Below, one piece after another: positions 1 through 9,632 of a DNA stretch of 64,000 bases (position 1 is the stretch's first letter; each line of letters opens with the position of its first letter). The stretch comes from a virus (lineage: Duplodnaviria; Heunggongvirae; Uroviricota; Caudoviricetes), in the IMG/VR virus record IMGVR_UViG_3300033074_000580, positions 95,270 to 159,269 of that record, one strand, 5' to 3'. The translations under genes and the position numbers were made by a program. A model generated the notes under the pieces. It did no database searches, was not told where the DNA came from, and saw nothing but the letters and a program-made list of their open reading frames with translations.

Positions 1-1
1 G

Positions 2-1156
2 AAGATTCTTGTGGTTAAATCTCAAAATTATGAGCAAGCGGCTAAATTAAGAGATGAGGAAAGAAAAGTCAACGAAAAATTAGAGAACGAAAAAATTAAA
101 TGGTCTGAAAAACAAAAAGACAATAAAACACCAATTAGTATTGATGATGTTTATAATATTGTATCAGATATGACAGGTGTTCCAATCACTAAGTTAGACA
201 CAAAAGAAACCGATAAACTTTTAAAAATGGAATCGATTTTGTCGGCAAAAGTAATTGGTCAAGATGAGGCGATTACATCTATATCTAAAGCAATTCGTAG
301 AAATCGTGTGGGTATTAAAGATGCAAACAAACCAATCGGTTCATTCATTTTCTTAGGTTCAACGGGTGTTGGTAAGACGTTCTTAGCAAAATCCATTGCA
401 GAATTATTATTTGATGACCCTGATAAAATCATTCGTGTAGATATGAGTGAATTTATGGATAGACATAATGTATCTAAATTGATTGGTTCTCCTCCAGGTT
501 ATGTTGGTTATGATGAAGGTGGTCAATTAACCGAAAAAGTTAAAAACAATCCATTCTCCGTTATCCTTTTTGATGAAATTGAAAAGGCACATAAAGATGT
601 ATTCAACCTTTTATTACAAATTTTAGATGAAGGACATTTAACAGATTCATTTGGACGTAAGGTTAATTTTACCAACACAATTGTGATTATGACATCTAAT
701 GTGGGAGCTAAAAAAGTTTCGGAATTTGGTGGAGGTGTTGGTTTTAACACTAGCGGCAGTGAAGAACGTCAATATGACGTTAAAAAATCTATGATTCAAA
801 AATCATTAAAACAACAATTCAACCCTGAATTTTTAAATCGTATCGATGATATCGTATTGTTTAACTCATTGAATGAGGAAACTTTAAAGAAAATCATTAA
901 CATCGAGATTCAAAAATTGGGTAACAGATTAACTGATAAGAATTATAACGTTACTTTTGATAAGACTGTCATTAGTCGAGTTTTTGAATTAAACTCACAA
1001 GAGGAATATGGTGCAAGACCTCTAAAAAGAATCATTCAAAATCTTTGTGAGGATTTCTTAAGCGAAGAAATATTAAAAGGAAAAATTAAAGAAAACGAAC
1101 CGGTTACAATAAAATACAAAGACGAAAAATTGGTCATTGTAAAAAAATTGTTATAA
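2..1156 (+). CDS. clpC: ClpC/ClpB-type AAA+ chaperone, C-terminal part (gene starts before the window)
   Basis: UVR-like YEQAAKLRDE, Walker A GSTGVGKT, DMSEF..., LIGSPPGYVGY, Walker B ILFDEIEKAH, GARPLKR; frame is open from base 2. Confidence 0.9.
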   Translation, partial: KILVVKSQNYEQAAKLRDEERKVNEKLENEKIKWSEKQKDNKTPISIDDVYNIVSDMTGVPITKLDTKETDKLLKMESILSAKVIGQDEAITSISKAIRRNRVGIKDANKPIGSFIFLGSTGVGKTFLAKSIAELLFDDPDKIIRVDMSEFMDRHNVSKLIGSPPGYVGYDEGGQLTEKVKNNPFSVILFDEIEKAHKDVFNLLLQILDEGHLTDSFGRKVNFTNTIVIMTSNVGAKKVSEFGGGVGFNTSGSEERQYDVKKSMIQKSLKQQFNPEFLNRIDDIVLFNSLNEETLKKIINIEIQKLGNRLTDKNYNVTFDKTVISRVFELNSQEEYGARPLKRIIQNLCEDFLSEEILKGKIKENEPVTIKYKDEKLVIVKKLL

Positions 1157-1269
1157 ATAGTTGACTTTTTTGTAAAGTTATATATATTTATATTCTCAGA
1201 GGTTCTCTTTGTCGATTACCTTTTCGTTTTTTTCATAAGTAAGTGGGGTTGAACCCACCGAAAGACCTT

Positions 1270-1297
1270 AAACCCCGACAACTAGTTGGGGTTTTTT
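1270..1297 (+). terminator. Rho-independent terminator
   Basis: AACCCCGAC-loop-GTTGGGGTT followed by a T run. Confidence 0.75.
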
Positions 1298-1341
1298 ATT
1301 TAAATTTGGTTTTACGATTATTTTTCATTATATTTACTATT

Positions 1342-1515
1342 ATGAAAAAATATACATTTATTTTAGCTCTTGGTGTAGTACTTACACTAGCAGCATGTGG
1401 TTCAGGGTCAACCGCAACTGAAACAACTGACTCTACAGCGGTTCAAGCAGATACTACAACAGTATCGGCAGATTCTACATCGGCACCAGTTGCTGACACT
1501 ACAGCTGTAAAATAA
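1342..1515 (+). CDS. small Ser/Thr/Asp-rich lipoprotein
   Basis: Start moved to ATG 1342: MKK + hydrophobic stretch + lipobox LAAC. Confidence 0.75.
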   Translation: MKKYTFILALGVVLTLAACGSGSTATETTDSTAVQADTTTVSADSTSAPVADTTAVK

Positions 1516-1568
1516 GAATTGGGGTCGGTAATCACTCCGACCCTCATTTTTAATTTAAATCCCTCTCC

Positions 1569-1997
1569 ATGGATACAAATACAGAAACACAAGGTGATTT
1601 AATTCTCGTTAGAGGATTACCCGGCTCAGGTAAATCTACATTGGCCAAAATCATTTTACAAATACCATCAAACATTGAGCCAGAAGTATTATCCGCCGAT
1701 GATTTTTTCGTTAACTCTGACGGTGAATATATTTTTGATGCAACAAAATTAAAAGAAGCTCACAATTATTGTCAATTTAGATGTTCTGAAAGAATGAGAC
1801 AACATAAATCAAGAATTGTGGTTGCAAATACGTTTACTCAAGAATGGGAAATGGACATATATTATGATATGGCTAAACGATATAATTATAGAGTTCATAC
1901 TATAATTGTTGAAAATAGACACGGCAGTACAAATATTCACAATGTACCCGAAGATAAACTCCAACAAATGAAGGAGCGTTTTCAAATCAAACTTTAA
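1569..1997 (+). CDS. AAA_33-type polynucleotide kinase-like P-loop protein
   Basis: RGLPGSGKST Walker A, SADDFF, VANTFTQEWE; adjacent to RNA ligase. Confidence 0.8.
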   Translation: MDTNTETQGDLILVRGLPGSGKSTLAKIILQIPSNIEPEVLSADDFFVNSDGEYIFDATKLKEAHNYCQFRCSERMRQHKSRIVVANTFTQEWEMDIYYDMAKRYNYRVHTIIVENRHGSTNIHNVPEDKLQQMKERFQIKL

Positions 1998-2057
1998 TGA
2001 GTAGATTTATTGCTTCATATACTGAAACAACTTTTCCACCACCAAAAAAACCAAAGA

Positions 2058-3101
2058 ATGATTTCTTTAGACGTATTAGAAAAATATTATCAAAATGGTT
2101 TGTTATTAAAACAAACCCACCCAAAATATGATTTAACTATTTGGAACTACTCATCAAAAGTTCAATATGAAAGATTGTGGGATAATGTTACTATACAATG
2201 TCGCGGATTGGTAACCAATTCTAAAGGTGACATTGTTGCAAGACCATTTAAAAAATTCTTTAACTACGAAGAACATAAACCAGAAGATATTCCAAACGAA
2301 GATTTTGTTGTTTATGAAAAACTTGATGGTTCGTTAGGAATTCTTTTTTATTATAATGAATGGATTTTAGCAACTAGAGGTTCATTTACGTCACCACAAT
2401 CAATTAAAGGTAAAGAAATTCTTAACAGACACGATATTAGTGCGTGGAGAAAAGATAACACATATTTGTTTGAGATAATATATCCTGAAAACAGAATTGT
2501 TGTTGATTATGGTAATGAAGAAAAGTTAGTTGTCATTGGTGCCATTCATACAGAGACTGGTGAAGAAATACCGGATAGTAGTTTATTTTGGACACAGGAT
2601 TCGGGATTTGAAGTTGTGACAACATATAAGACTTGGGGTGAGGATTATGATTTACTTAAAGAAGAAATAAGTAAAGACAAAGAAGGTTATGTAATTCGAT
2701 TCAAGAGTGGTTTTCGCATGAAAATCAAAGGAGAAGAATATAAAAGGCTTCATAGGATATTAACTAATATTTCAAATAGAGATATTTGGGAATATCTTAA
2801 AGATAATAAACCATTTGATGAAATATTAGACAAGGTACCCGATGAATTTTATAAATGGGTTAAAGATACAAAAGATAATTTTTTACATCAATATGCGGTA
2901 ATTGATTTAGAATACAAATTGATATACAAAAACATTATTGAAAATAATGATATTGTTGACAGAAAAACATTTGCTCGGTTTGCCACTAGTTATAGATTCC
3001 AATCAATATTGTTTTCAATGTACGATGGAAAAAATTACGAAAATATAATTTGGAAATTATTATATCCAAATTATTCAAAACCTTTTAAAAAAGATGAATA
3101 A
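2058..3101 (+). CDS. T4 Rnl1-like RNA ligase
   Basis: Motif I EKLDGS, RGLV, ARPFKKFFN, ATRGSF, FEIIYPENRIVV, EGYV; likely start ATG 2058. Confidence 0.85.
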   Translation: MISLDVLEKYYQNGLLLKQTHPKYDLTIWNYSSKVQYERLWDNVTIQCRGLVTNSKGDIVARPFKKFFNYEEHKPEDIPNEDFVVYEKLDGSLGILFYYNEWILATRGSFTSPQSIKGKEILNRHDISAWRKDNTYLFEIIYPENRIVVDYGNEEKLVVIGAIHTETGEEIPDSSLFWTQDSGFEVVTTYKTWGEDYDLLKEEISKDKEGYVIRFKSGFRMKIKGEEYKRLHRILTNISNRDIWEYLKDNKPFDEILDKVPDEFYKWVKDTKDNFLHQYAVIDLEYKLIYKNIIENNDIVDRKTFARFATSYRFQSILFSMYDGKNYENIIWKLLYPNYSKPFKKDE

Positions 3102-3570
3102 AGAAAAAGTGATGTTATATTTGGATGACGTTAGAACTCCAAATGATAAAGAATGGATTGTTGTAAGAAATTACGAACAATTTGTTAATAGAATAAATCA
3201 ACACGGTCTTGAAAATATTGAAGTAATATCTCTTGACCATGATTTAGGAGATAGTGCAATGATTGAATATTATAATAATGTTAAAGACAATTACACATTA
3301 GATTATAATAATATATCCGAAAAAACAGGATACGATTGTTGCAAATTTTTAGTTAATAGAAGTATTGAAACGGGAATTCCATTACCTCAAATATATGTTC
3401 ATTCCGCCAATCCGATTGGTAGTGCAAATATGATGGGTTATGTTAACAATTATTTAATGAATTGTCATTTACCCCAAACTTGTATTAGAGTCCAAATTCC
3501 ACATAAAATAGACGAACCATTTCAAATGAGTCCAGACGCAAGGAACGCGAAATGGAAAAGAAATAAATAA
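3094..3570 (+). CDS. cyclic-phosphate-processing receiver-like domain protein
   Basis: LYLDDVR, ISLDHDLG, TGYD, VHSANP pattern typical of this phage RNA-repair-associated family. Confidence 0.75.
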   Translation: MNKEKVMLYLDDVRTPNDKEWIVVRNYEQFVNRINQHGLENIEVISLDHDLGDSAMIEYYNNVKDNYTLDYNNISEKTGYDCCKFLVNRSIETGIPLPQIYVHSANPIGSANMMGYVNNYLMNCHLPQTCIRVQIPHKIDEPFQMSPDARNAKWKRNK

Positions 3571-3624
3571 AATTTTGTGGATTCAAAAATAATAACTAAT
3601 TTAGTCATCTAAACTAATCACCAT

Positions 3625-3975
3625 ATGGCATACGAAAACAAGACCAGAACACCGTACAAAACAATGTACATCAAAGGAAAGTATCAAGATTTCACAGACT
3701 TTTATGATACTAACAAAAAACCAATATATGAAAATATTGTTGAGGTTTTTAAAGGGTTTCAAGAAAACAAAAAAAGAGTTTTAAGTTTGTACATCCAAGC
3801 CATAATTCAAGGTATGGAATGGGATACTGAATTTAAGTTTAACAGAAATGAAACAATCGTATTGACAAGAGATGTTTTACCTTTCTTTGAAGAGATTGAA
3901 GATTATGAAAAATGTCAAGAAATAAAAAATCTTTATGAAAGCTTGACAAATACGAAAACTTTAGTTACAATTTAA
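3625..3975 (+). CDS. hypothetical protein (UVR-like C-terminus EDYEKCQEIK)
   Basis: 116-aa ORF in operon orientation. Confidence 0.6.
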   Translation: MAYENKTRTPYKTMYIKGKYQDFTDFYDTNKKPIYENIVEVFKGFQENKKRVLSLYIQAIIQGMEWDTEFKFNRNETIVLTRDVLPFFEEIEDYEKCQEIKNLYESLTNTKTLVTI

Positions 3976-4012
3976 TTGTATCTGGAGAGAGATACTTTTT
4001 ATTTTTTGTCAT

Positions 4013-4046
4013 ATCCCCGTTGGTTTCTACTTACGGGGATTTTTTT
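4013..4046 (+). terminator. Rho-independent terminator
   Basis: ATCCCCGT/ACGGGGAT stem + T run. Confidence 0.7.
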
Positions 4047-4292
4047 ATTTAAAAAAATATTTGTACAATATAAAGAACTTCTTGTTATTATCCTATTTTT
4101 CTTGGTTTTCTAATATTTTTGTTGTATTTTTCTAATAGTTATATAAAAAAAATACAATATGTTAAATTTAATTATAGGTCTATTCGTTTTATGTTCCTCT
4201 TTTGGGATTACATTATCTAAAGTTACGACTGAATATGGTTTCCGTAAACAACGTCAACACATTAAACCATTAGTTATTGATAAGGATGTTAT

Positions 4293-4862
4293 TTAAAAAA
4301 GCGTCCTTATCGATTGTGAGGTTTTTCGTTTACAAACCCACTGTATTTCTTTCAAGTAATCGTGGTCAGCAATTAAGTTATTTTTTTCTGACGCTATTGT
4401 AATATCATTTTCGGTAATTTCACACCAATCCCAATCATTACTCTGTTTAAATTCGTTTTTATTTGTAAAGTAATCGTGGGCTAATATTAAATCTCCTTCT
4501 TTAATATGTGTGGAAAAATAATTAAATTCTTTTATTTTATTACCACCATCACAAAAAACGATAGTTCTACCAGGTTCGTTGATATATGGTATTATTATGT
4601 TTTTCAAAAATAAACTATCGAATATGTCTTGTTTAAAGAATGTTGAATTTTCATAAATTCTTTCGTCCTTTAAATCAATATCGACCGACATTATTGGAAC
4701 TGAAATATGTTTTTTTATAAGATATGTTAACCCACCAAAAGAACTACCAATTTCTAAAATTCTTGAGGGATTTGATTCAGATAAAAATTGTGGAATTATT
4801 TTTATCGATTTTGGGTTTTGTTGTAAAATATACCCTTCATATTCATATAAACCATTTATCAT
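4293..4862 (-). CDS. class I SAM-dependent methyltransferase (CmcI/Methyltransf_24-like)
   Basis: RILEIGSSFGG, IVFCDGGNK, AHDY; paralog of 35240-35866. Confidence 0.75.
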   Translation of the reverse strand: MINGLYEYEGYILQQNPKSIKIIPQFLSESNPSRILEIGSSFGGLTYLIKKHISVPIMSVDIDLKDERIYENSTFFKQDIFDSLFLKNIIIPYINEPGRTIVFCDGGNKIKEFNYFSTHIKEGDLILAHDYFTNKNEFKQSNDWDWCEITENDITIASEKNNLIADHDYLKEIQWVCKRKTSQSIRTLF

Positions 4863-6391
4863 AACATTACTCTTGAACCTATTAAGAAGTTACTTAACAT
4901 CGGAGAACCTGGTGCTGTGTTTAAATTTAATTTGTAATTGAAACTAAACCCAAATCTTTTAGTTATTTTATAATCAAAAGAACTACCCACTAAAAATCCA
5001 AAATGTCTACTTACATTTGTTTCACCAGTTAATGTGTTATATCCGATAGGTGACCACATTGTGAATATTTGAGGTGATATTGTTAACTTTTTACTATATT
5101 GATATGGTTTAGTCCAAAACACAACTGTGGATGTGGATAGACTAGTGGTATATGATTCCTCTCCTTTCATCAATAATGTTATTAAACCCAAGTTATAACC
5201 GTATGTTCCTAATTTTGGATGGGGTTTTATCCAAGTATAACCAACTAAATTCATTAAAGTACCTTTTAAATACGCGGCAGTCATAGAATAACTACTAATT
5301 GAATTTAATCTACCCTTATTATCTAATTTCATTACAGTCATTCCGGATGATAATGCGAATTGGTCAAATGTTGAAAAGGCCATACCATTTAAACTATATG
5401 ATTTATCACCCATTAACGATGATTTAGAAATACCAACTGTCATAGCCAAAGAATAGGTACCGTCAGCTGATTGTGCGGTTGTTAAATCTGATGCAATTAA
5501 CATCGGATTCATATTTTGTTGTTTTTTCTTTTCTTCTTTCTTTTTCTCCTCTTTCTTTTCTTCTTTCTTTTCTTCTTTTTTCTCCTCTTTCTTTTCTTCT
5601 TTTGATTCTTCCTTTTTCTCCTCCTTTTTAGATTCCGATTTTGATTCTTCTTTCTTTTCCTCAGTCTTACTTTCAGATTTTGATTCTGATTTAGATTCAG
5701 ATTTAGATTCAGATTTAGTTTCTGATTTACTTTCAGATGAAGATGATGATGAATTACTCTTACTCTCAGATGATGACGAAGAACTACTATTAGATGAAGA
5801 ACCACCACCACTTGAAGAGGATGATGAACTATTACTTGCAGGTGGTGTTGATGATGCAGATGACGATGTTGGAGGTGGAGTACTTGATGCTGCAGTTGAA
5901 CTTGCAGCACTTGACGCCGAACTACTTGCAGCGCTTGATGCTGAACTACTTGCAGCAGAACTTGCGGCGGTGGATGCCGCCCCACTAGCCGCGGAAGATG
6001 CTGCACTACTTGCGGCAGAAGATGCTGCACTACTTGCCGCATTTGCTGCGGCAGTTGCTGCGGCCGAGGCTGCTTGTGTTGCTGCGGCTGCAACTTGTTG
6101 TGTTATTGTTTGTTGTACCACAACATTTGTTGGACATCCCATACTATTATATGTGATATATGTTTCTTGTAACCAAGCTTGTAATGCCCCACTTTGTACC
6201 TGAGCAGGAGTAAAGGTTTTTATTTGGTTGTAAAAAGAAACTACAGCATTTCCGTTTACATATGTAGTTGTTGCAATTTTAACCTCACCAGTACATTTAT
6301 CAATAAAGGTTTGAGTCATTATAGTTTGACCATACGACTTAAATCCAAAAATCAAAAAAATAATAAAAAACGATAATAATTTTTTCATCAA
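4859..6391 (-). CDS. secreted protein with Ala/Ser and Lys/Glu low-complexity stalk and probable C-terminal beta-barrel
   Basis: Signal peptide; AASS and KKEE tandem repeats; alternating aromatic beta-strands at the C-terminus. Confidence 0.7.
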   Translation of the reverse strand: MMKKLLSFFIIFLIFGFKSYGQTIMTQTFIDKCTGEVKIATTTYVNGNAVVSFYNQIKTFTPAQVQSGALQAWLQETYITYNSMGCPTNVVVQQTITQQVAAAATQAASAAATAAANAASSAASSAASSAASSAASGAASTAASSAASSSASSAASSSASSAASSTAASSTPPPTSSSASSTPPASNSSSSSSSGGGSSSNSSSSSSSESKSNSSSSSSESKSETKSESKSESKSESKSESKTEEKKEESKSESKKEEKKEESKEEKKEEKKEEKKEEKKEEKKKEEKKKQQNMNPMLIASDLTTAQSADGTYSLAMTVGISKSSLMGDKSYSLNGMAFSTFDQFALSSGMTVMKLDNKGRLNSISSYSMTAAYLKGTLMNLVGYTWIKPHPKLGTYGYNLGLITLLMKGEESYTTSLSTSTVVFWTKPYQYSKKLTISPQIFTMWSPIGYNTLTGETNVSRHFGFLVGSSFDYKITKRFGFSFNYKLNLNTAPGSPMLSNFLIGSRVML

Positions 6392-6591
6392 TGTTTATGT
6401 CTCGTAGGTTTATGTCCTCGATAAATGTGTGTTTCTAACAATATACCTCTACCTGGTATCCAAATCGGTGTTGTATATGTGTTATAACGATGTCTTTGAT
6501 AATAGTTATGCTTTCTATCAAAATTTACATATTTGGGTGAAGCACAACCAAATAGAACAAATACAATTGAAATAAATAATAATCTTTTCAT
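6388..6591 (-). CDS. small lipoprotein
   Basis: MKR + hydrophobic stretch + LFGC lipobox. Confidence 0.6.
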   Translation of the reverse strand: MKRLLFISIVFVLFGCASPKYVNFDRKHNYYQRHRYNTYTTPIWIPGRGILLETHIYRGHKPTRHKH

Positions 6592-6602
6592 TTATATAAA
6601 TA

Positions 6603-7292
6603 TTAAATTAGTGATTTAACCATACTATCTGAATGGGATAAAATAAACCTTTTATTATAGAATTTACTATAGTCAGTTCCCTTATCTGAAGGTATTTTTG
6701 TTAAATCTTTATTTGAATAAACTAAAACCCAAGCACTTCTTGGATGTTCGGTGGTATTTTTTTCCGAATAATGCGGGGTATTACCATCCCAAACAATCAT
6801 ATCACCCGCATTTGGTAACGGTCTTACCCATTGATTGTTTTCTTTGTCAAAGATATAAATCGGTCCATTATTTTCATTAAAATCATCTAAAACCCAACAA
6901 CATGTTATGGTTCTAAATTCATTTTTAATTGCCATTGAATTGTTAGGACCCAATTCATTATCGGTATGTTTTTGAAATATAAAATCTTCGTTTGGTAATT
7001 TGGTGGTTATTTGGTCATTAAATAGATAAATTTCATCAGTCTCCAAAAGTTCGGACGCCACATTAAACATAATATCCGATGTATACATATTATATAATTC
7101 ATCGGATAATATACTGGCCATATCGACACCTCTCCAATAAAAGTTTACACCGTAATTTTTTTTAACACCCAATAAGTTTTCATCAATAATTCTTTTTTTT
7201 ATTGATAGTGTTAAATCTTTCGCTCTTTTAAGTGTTTCTTGTGGTATAAAGTTTTCATAAAGGATATAACCTTTCTTATTAAACTTTTCCAT
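6603..7292 (-). CDS. PhyH-like Fe(II)/2-oxoglutarate dioxygenase
   Basis: KGYILYENF, HxD (HTD), ITCCWVLDD..NGP, AGDMIVW, distal His and Arg. Confidence 0.8.
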   Translation of the reverse strand: MEKFNKKGYILYENFIPQETLKRAKDLTLSIKKRIIDENLLGVKKNYGVNFYWRGVDMASILSDELYNMYTSDIMFNVASELLETDEIYLFNDQITTKLPNEDFIFQKHTDNELGPNNSMAIKNEFRTITCCWVLDDFNENNGPIYIFDKENNQWVRPLPNAGDMIVWDGNTPHYSEKNTTEHPRSAWVLVYSNKDLTKIPSDKGTDYSKFYNKRFILSHSDSMVKSLI

Positions 7293-7298
7293 TAAAAT

Positions 7299-8018
7299 TT
7301 ATTTTGTGAAAATTCCCTTTTTAATCATTCTATCCAAAATATTGGCACAAGCAATGTCAAGAGCCTTTTTTGTTGCAATTGATATTGTTGATTGATTAAA
7401 TTTAATTGGGTCAACGGTTGCATCAGATAATAAGGTTAATTCTCTTCTTGTTGTAGCCTCACCTAAACCAGATGCACCAAATAAAACACCCGTTTCCGCG
7501 TCGGTAAATCTAACTTGTAAACCAATACGAGTAACCATATTATCTTTAATACCGTCTTTTAAGTTAATTGTCTCATCTTCCGATATTGAATAATCGTAAC
7601 ATTCAATCGTTACAAAATACTTGGCTAAATTTATTTTACCACGACCGTCTAATTTATTCTCAGAAATCCCCGCTTGAGATGCTTGGAATTGTTTTACCAT
7701 ACGATTCTTAATTTCTGTTTTATCCTCAGTAAATTTGAATCTGTTTAAATTCTCAAGATATTCCATAGATATATTTGCAACCCCTAAACCTACACGTTTT
7801 TCTTTTAATTCAGGGTACATTTCATATACCTCATCAGAAATACCACATTTAAGGATTTGAATAGGAATTTGGGGTCCCTCATAATCCATATATGCTGAAA
7901 TATCTTTTTTCTTTTCAAAATCTGCCTTATATTGTTCAGTTTTAGTTGACCCAATAGTTTGGGCTTCTGAAATGAATCCTATTAAAATTAAGGATAATAC
8001 TAATACTATTTTTTTCAT
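7299..8018 (-). CDS. CsgG/HfaB-like envelope protein
   Basis: Signal peptide; GLGVAN...NRFKFTED...LAKYFV...IGLQVRFTDAETG...A.KKAL layout resembles the CsgG family. Confidence 0.65.
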   Translation of the reverse strand: MKKIVLVLSLILIGFISEAQTIGSTKTEQYKADFEKKKDISAYMDYEGPQIPIQILKCGISDEVYEMYPELKEKRVGLGVANISMEYLENLNRFKFTEDKTEIKNRMVKQFQASQAGISENKLDGRGKINLAKYFVTIECYDYSISEDETINLKDGIKDNMVTRIGLQVRFTDAETGVLFGASGLGEATTRRELTLLSDATVDPIKFNQSTISIATKKALDIACANILDRMIKKGIFTK

Positions 8019-8020
8019 AA

Positions 8021-8245
8021 TTATTTAGATGGTTCTTCATACCATATATTATCGGGGTTATTTTTAAATGTCCCGTCTATTTTCCAAGCAATTTCATTTG
8101 AAATTTTTCTTTCCAAATCTTCGTTGGTGAAATGTACTCCAATCATAACTAAATCAAAAGTTAAAGCAAATCCCAACCAAATGAATACCAAAACTAGGTA
8201 CCCTTTGAATAATGTCTCCCCAATGTTTTTTAATGATACTGTCAT
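8021..8245 (-). CDS. small membrane protein
   Basis: One long hydrophobic segment; TATTTATA motif upstream. Confidence 0.55.
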   Translation of the reverse strand: MTVSLKNIGETLFKGYLVLVFIWLGFALTFDLVMIGVHFTNEDLERKISNEIAWKIDGTFKNNPDNIWYEEPSK

Positions 8246-8302
8246 AAAATATTTTATATATAAATATAACGAAAAAAAAAGGAGTCATTTGACTCCTTTT
8301 TA

Positions 8303-8551
8303 TTAACCTTCGGTTTCTTCTTTCTTTTTATGTGTGAATTTATCTAGAGTATCGGCACCCATTCCGATACCTGTTATAATCATCACCGCATTTACTAAAT
8401 CAGGTGATGGTGCAAAATCCGCGTGAGAGAACGAATTAAGAATCATTGTTATACATAAGAACAATGCACCAATCATTGCGATTACCGGTTTTACCGATAT
8501 TGAACCTCTTTCATCTTTGAAAAGTTCGATTATCCATTCTTTAAATTTCAT
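8303..8551 (-). CDS. small two-TM membrane protein (holin-like)
   Basis: Two hydrophobic helices, charged C-tail. Confidence 0.55.
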   Translation of the reverse strand: MKFKEWIIELFKDERGSISVKPVIAMIGALFLCITMILNSFSHADFAPSPDLVNAVMIITGIGMGADTLDKFTHKKKEETEG

Positions 8552-8580
8552 AATTTTTTATTTTTTGTCTTTCTTATTTA

Positions 8581-9207
8581 TTATCCCTCCATGTGGATTT
8601 CTGCGGATTCGTCCTTTATTTTTCCACATTTTAAGCATTCTTCTGTTCCATCGCCATCCAAGTCACCCCAAACGTGTTCACATTGTCTATGTGCGAAATA
8701 TTCATCGATTTTACCGTCACCATCGAAATCTAAACCATCCATTACACCATCTCCATCTTCATCGATTTCAACACCTTTCTTTTCGGTTTCAACTACTTGT
8801 TTTACTTCTTCAGAAATTGGTACTTGAACAAATGTATCGTTAAGAGTTTCAGATAACACCAATGGTTTTGTATCAACAGGAACAATTGGATTATTTGGCA
8901 TATCGGCAGTGTTACTTAATGATACTCCATCTTCCTCATCCATCTTTTGTACTAACATCTTATCCTTATCGGTATCACTAAACCAGTAGTCAATGATTTT
9001 ACCATAAGAACCAATAAAGGCACCTAACATCAACAATAGAAGTTCTTTCCATTCTGCCGATGCTGATGTGTTAGTTGTAATTGCACCAAATATACCTCCG
9101 ATGATTATTACAAATGAACCCAATACTAACGCAGTGATATACCATCTACGTTTCATCATTGAGTTTAATAAATCTTTAAATCCACTCGGTTGTTGTTGTT
9201 CACTCAT
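8581..9207 (-). CDS. two-TM protein with DxDxDG Ca-binding repeats and a CxH...CxxC motif
   Basis: DEDGDG, DFDGDG, DLDGDG; CEH...CLKC. Confidence 0.65.
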   Translation of the reverse strand: MSEQQQPSGFKDLLNSMMKRRWYITALVLGSFVIIIGGIFGAITTNTSASAEWKELLLLMLGAFIGSYGKIIDYWFSDTDKDKMLVQKMDEEDGVSLSNTADMPNNPIVPVDTKPLVLSETLNDTFVQVPISEEVKQVVETEKKGVEIDEDGDGVMDGLDFDGDGKIDEYFAHRQCEHVWGDLDGDGTEECLKCGKIKDESAEIHMEG

Positions 9208-9291
9208 CTTTTTTTTCTATTTTAAAACTATATCTTATTAAGAACGATAGTAACCCCATAAAGAATACTATCGTCCCTATTTGATAATAAA

Positions 9292-9612
9292 TTACCATTT
9301 TGGTGCTTCCTCCTTAAACTCATCCCCTTCCTTCTTTTTAGGTTTTGGTTGAGCTTGTGCGGGAGCTGCGGATTTTTCCTTAATAATAACAGTTTTACCT
9401 CCACCACCATTTGATTGTGTTTGATTGTTGGTATTTGCAACATTCAAGTTAATCACAGGTTGAGCTGCAGGTTGTGCCGGTTCCGCTTTATCGCCACCAC
9501 CTAATAATGTTGATAACCATACACCTCCAGCAGTTACTACTGTACCCGCAACACCGATTATCGTCTTTTTTAAACCTGACCAGGTTCCTTCTTGTTCTGT
9601 TTCTTCAGCCAT
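9292..9612 (-). CDS. membrane-anchored hypothetical protein
   Basis: Single TM followed by a P/Q/N-rich linker. Confidence 0.6.
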   Translation of the reverse strand: MAEETEQEGTWSGLKKTIIGVAGTVVTAGGVWLSTLLGGGDKAEPAQPAAQPVINLNVANTNNQTQSNGGGGKTVIIKEKSAAPAQAQPKPKKKEGDEFKEEAPKW

Positions 9613-9632
9613 TGTATTTTGTTTTTATATAA

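Noticed and set aside
5509-6203. Alternative-frame ORFs (5509-6093, 5794-5988, 5970-6203)
   Set aside because: Shadows of the low-complexity repeats in 4859-6391.
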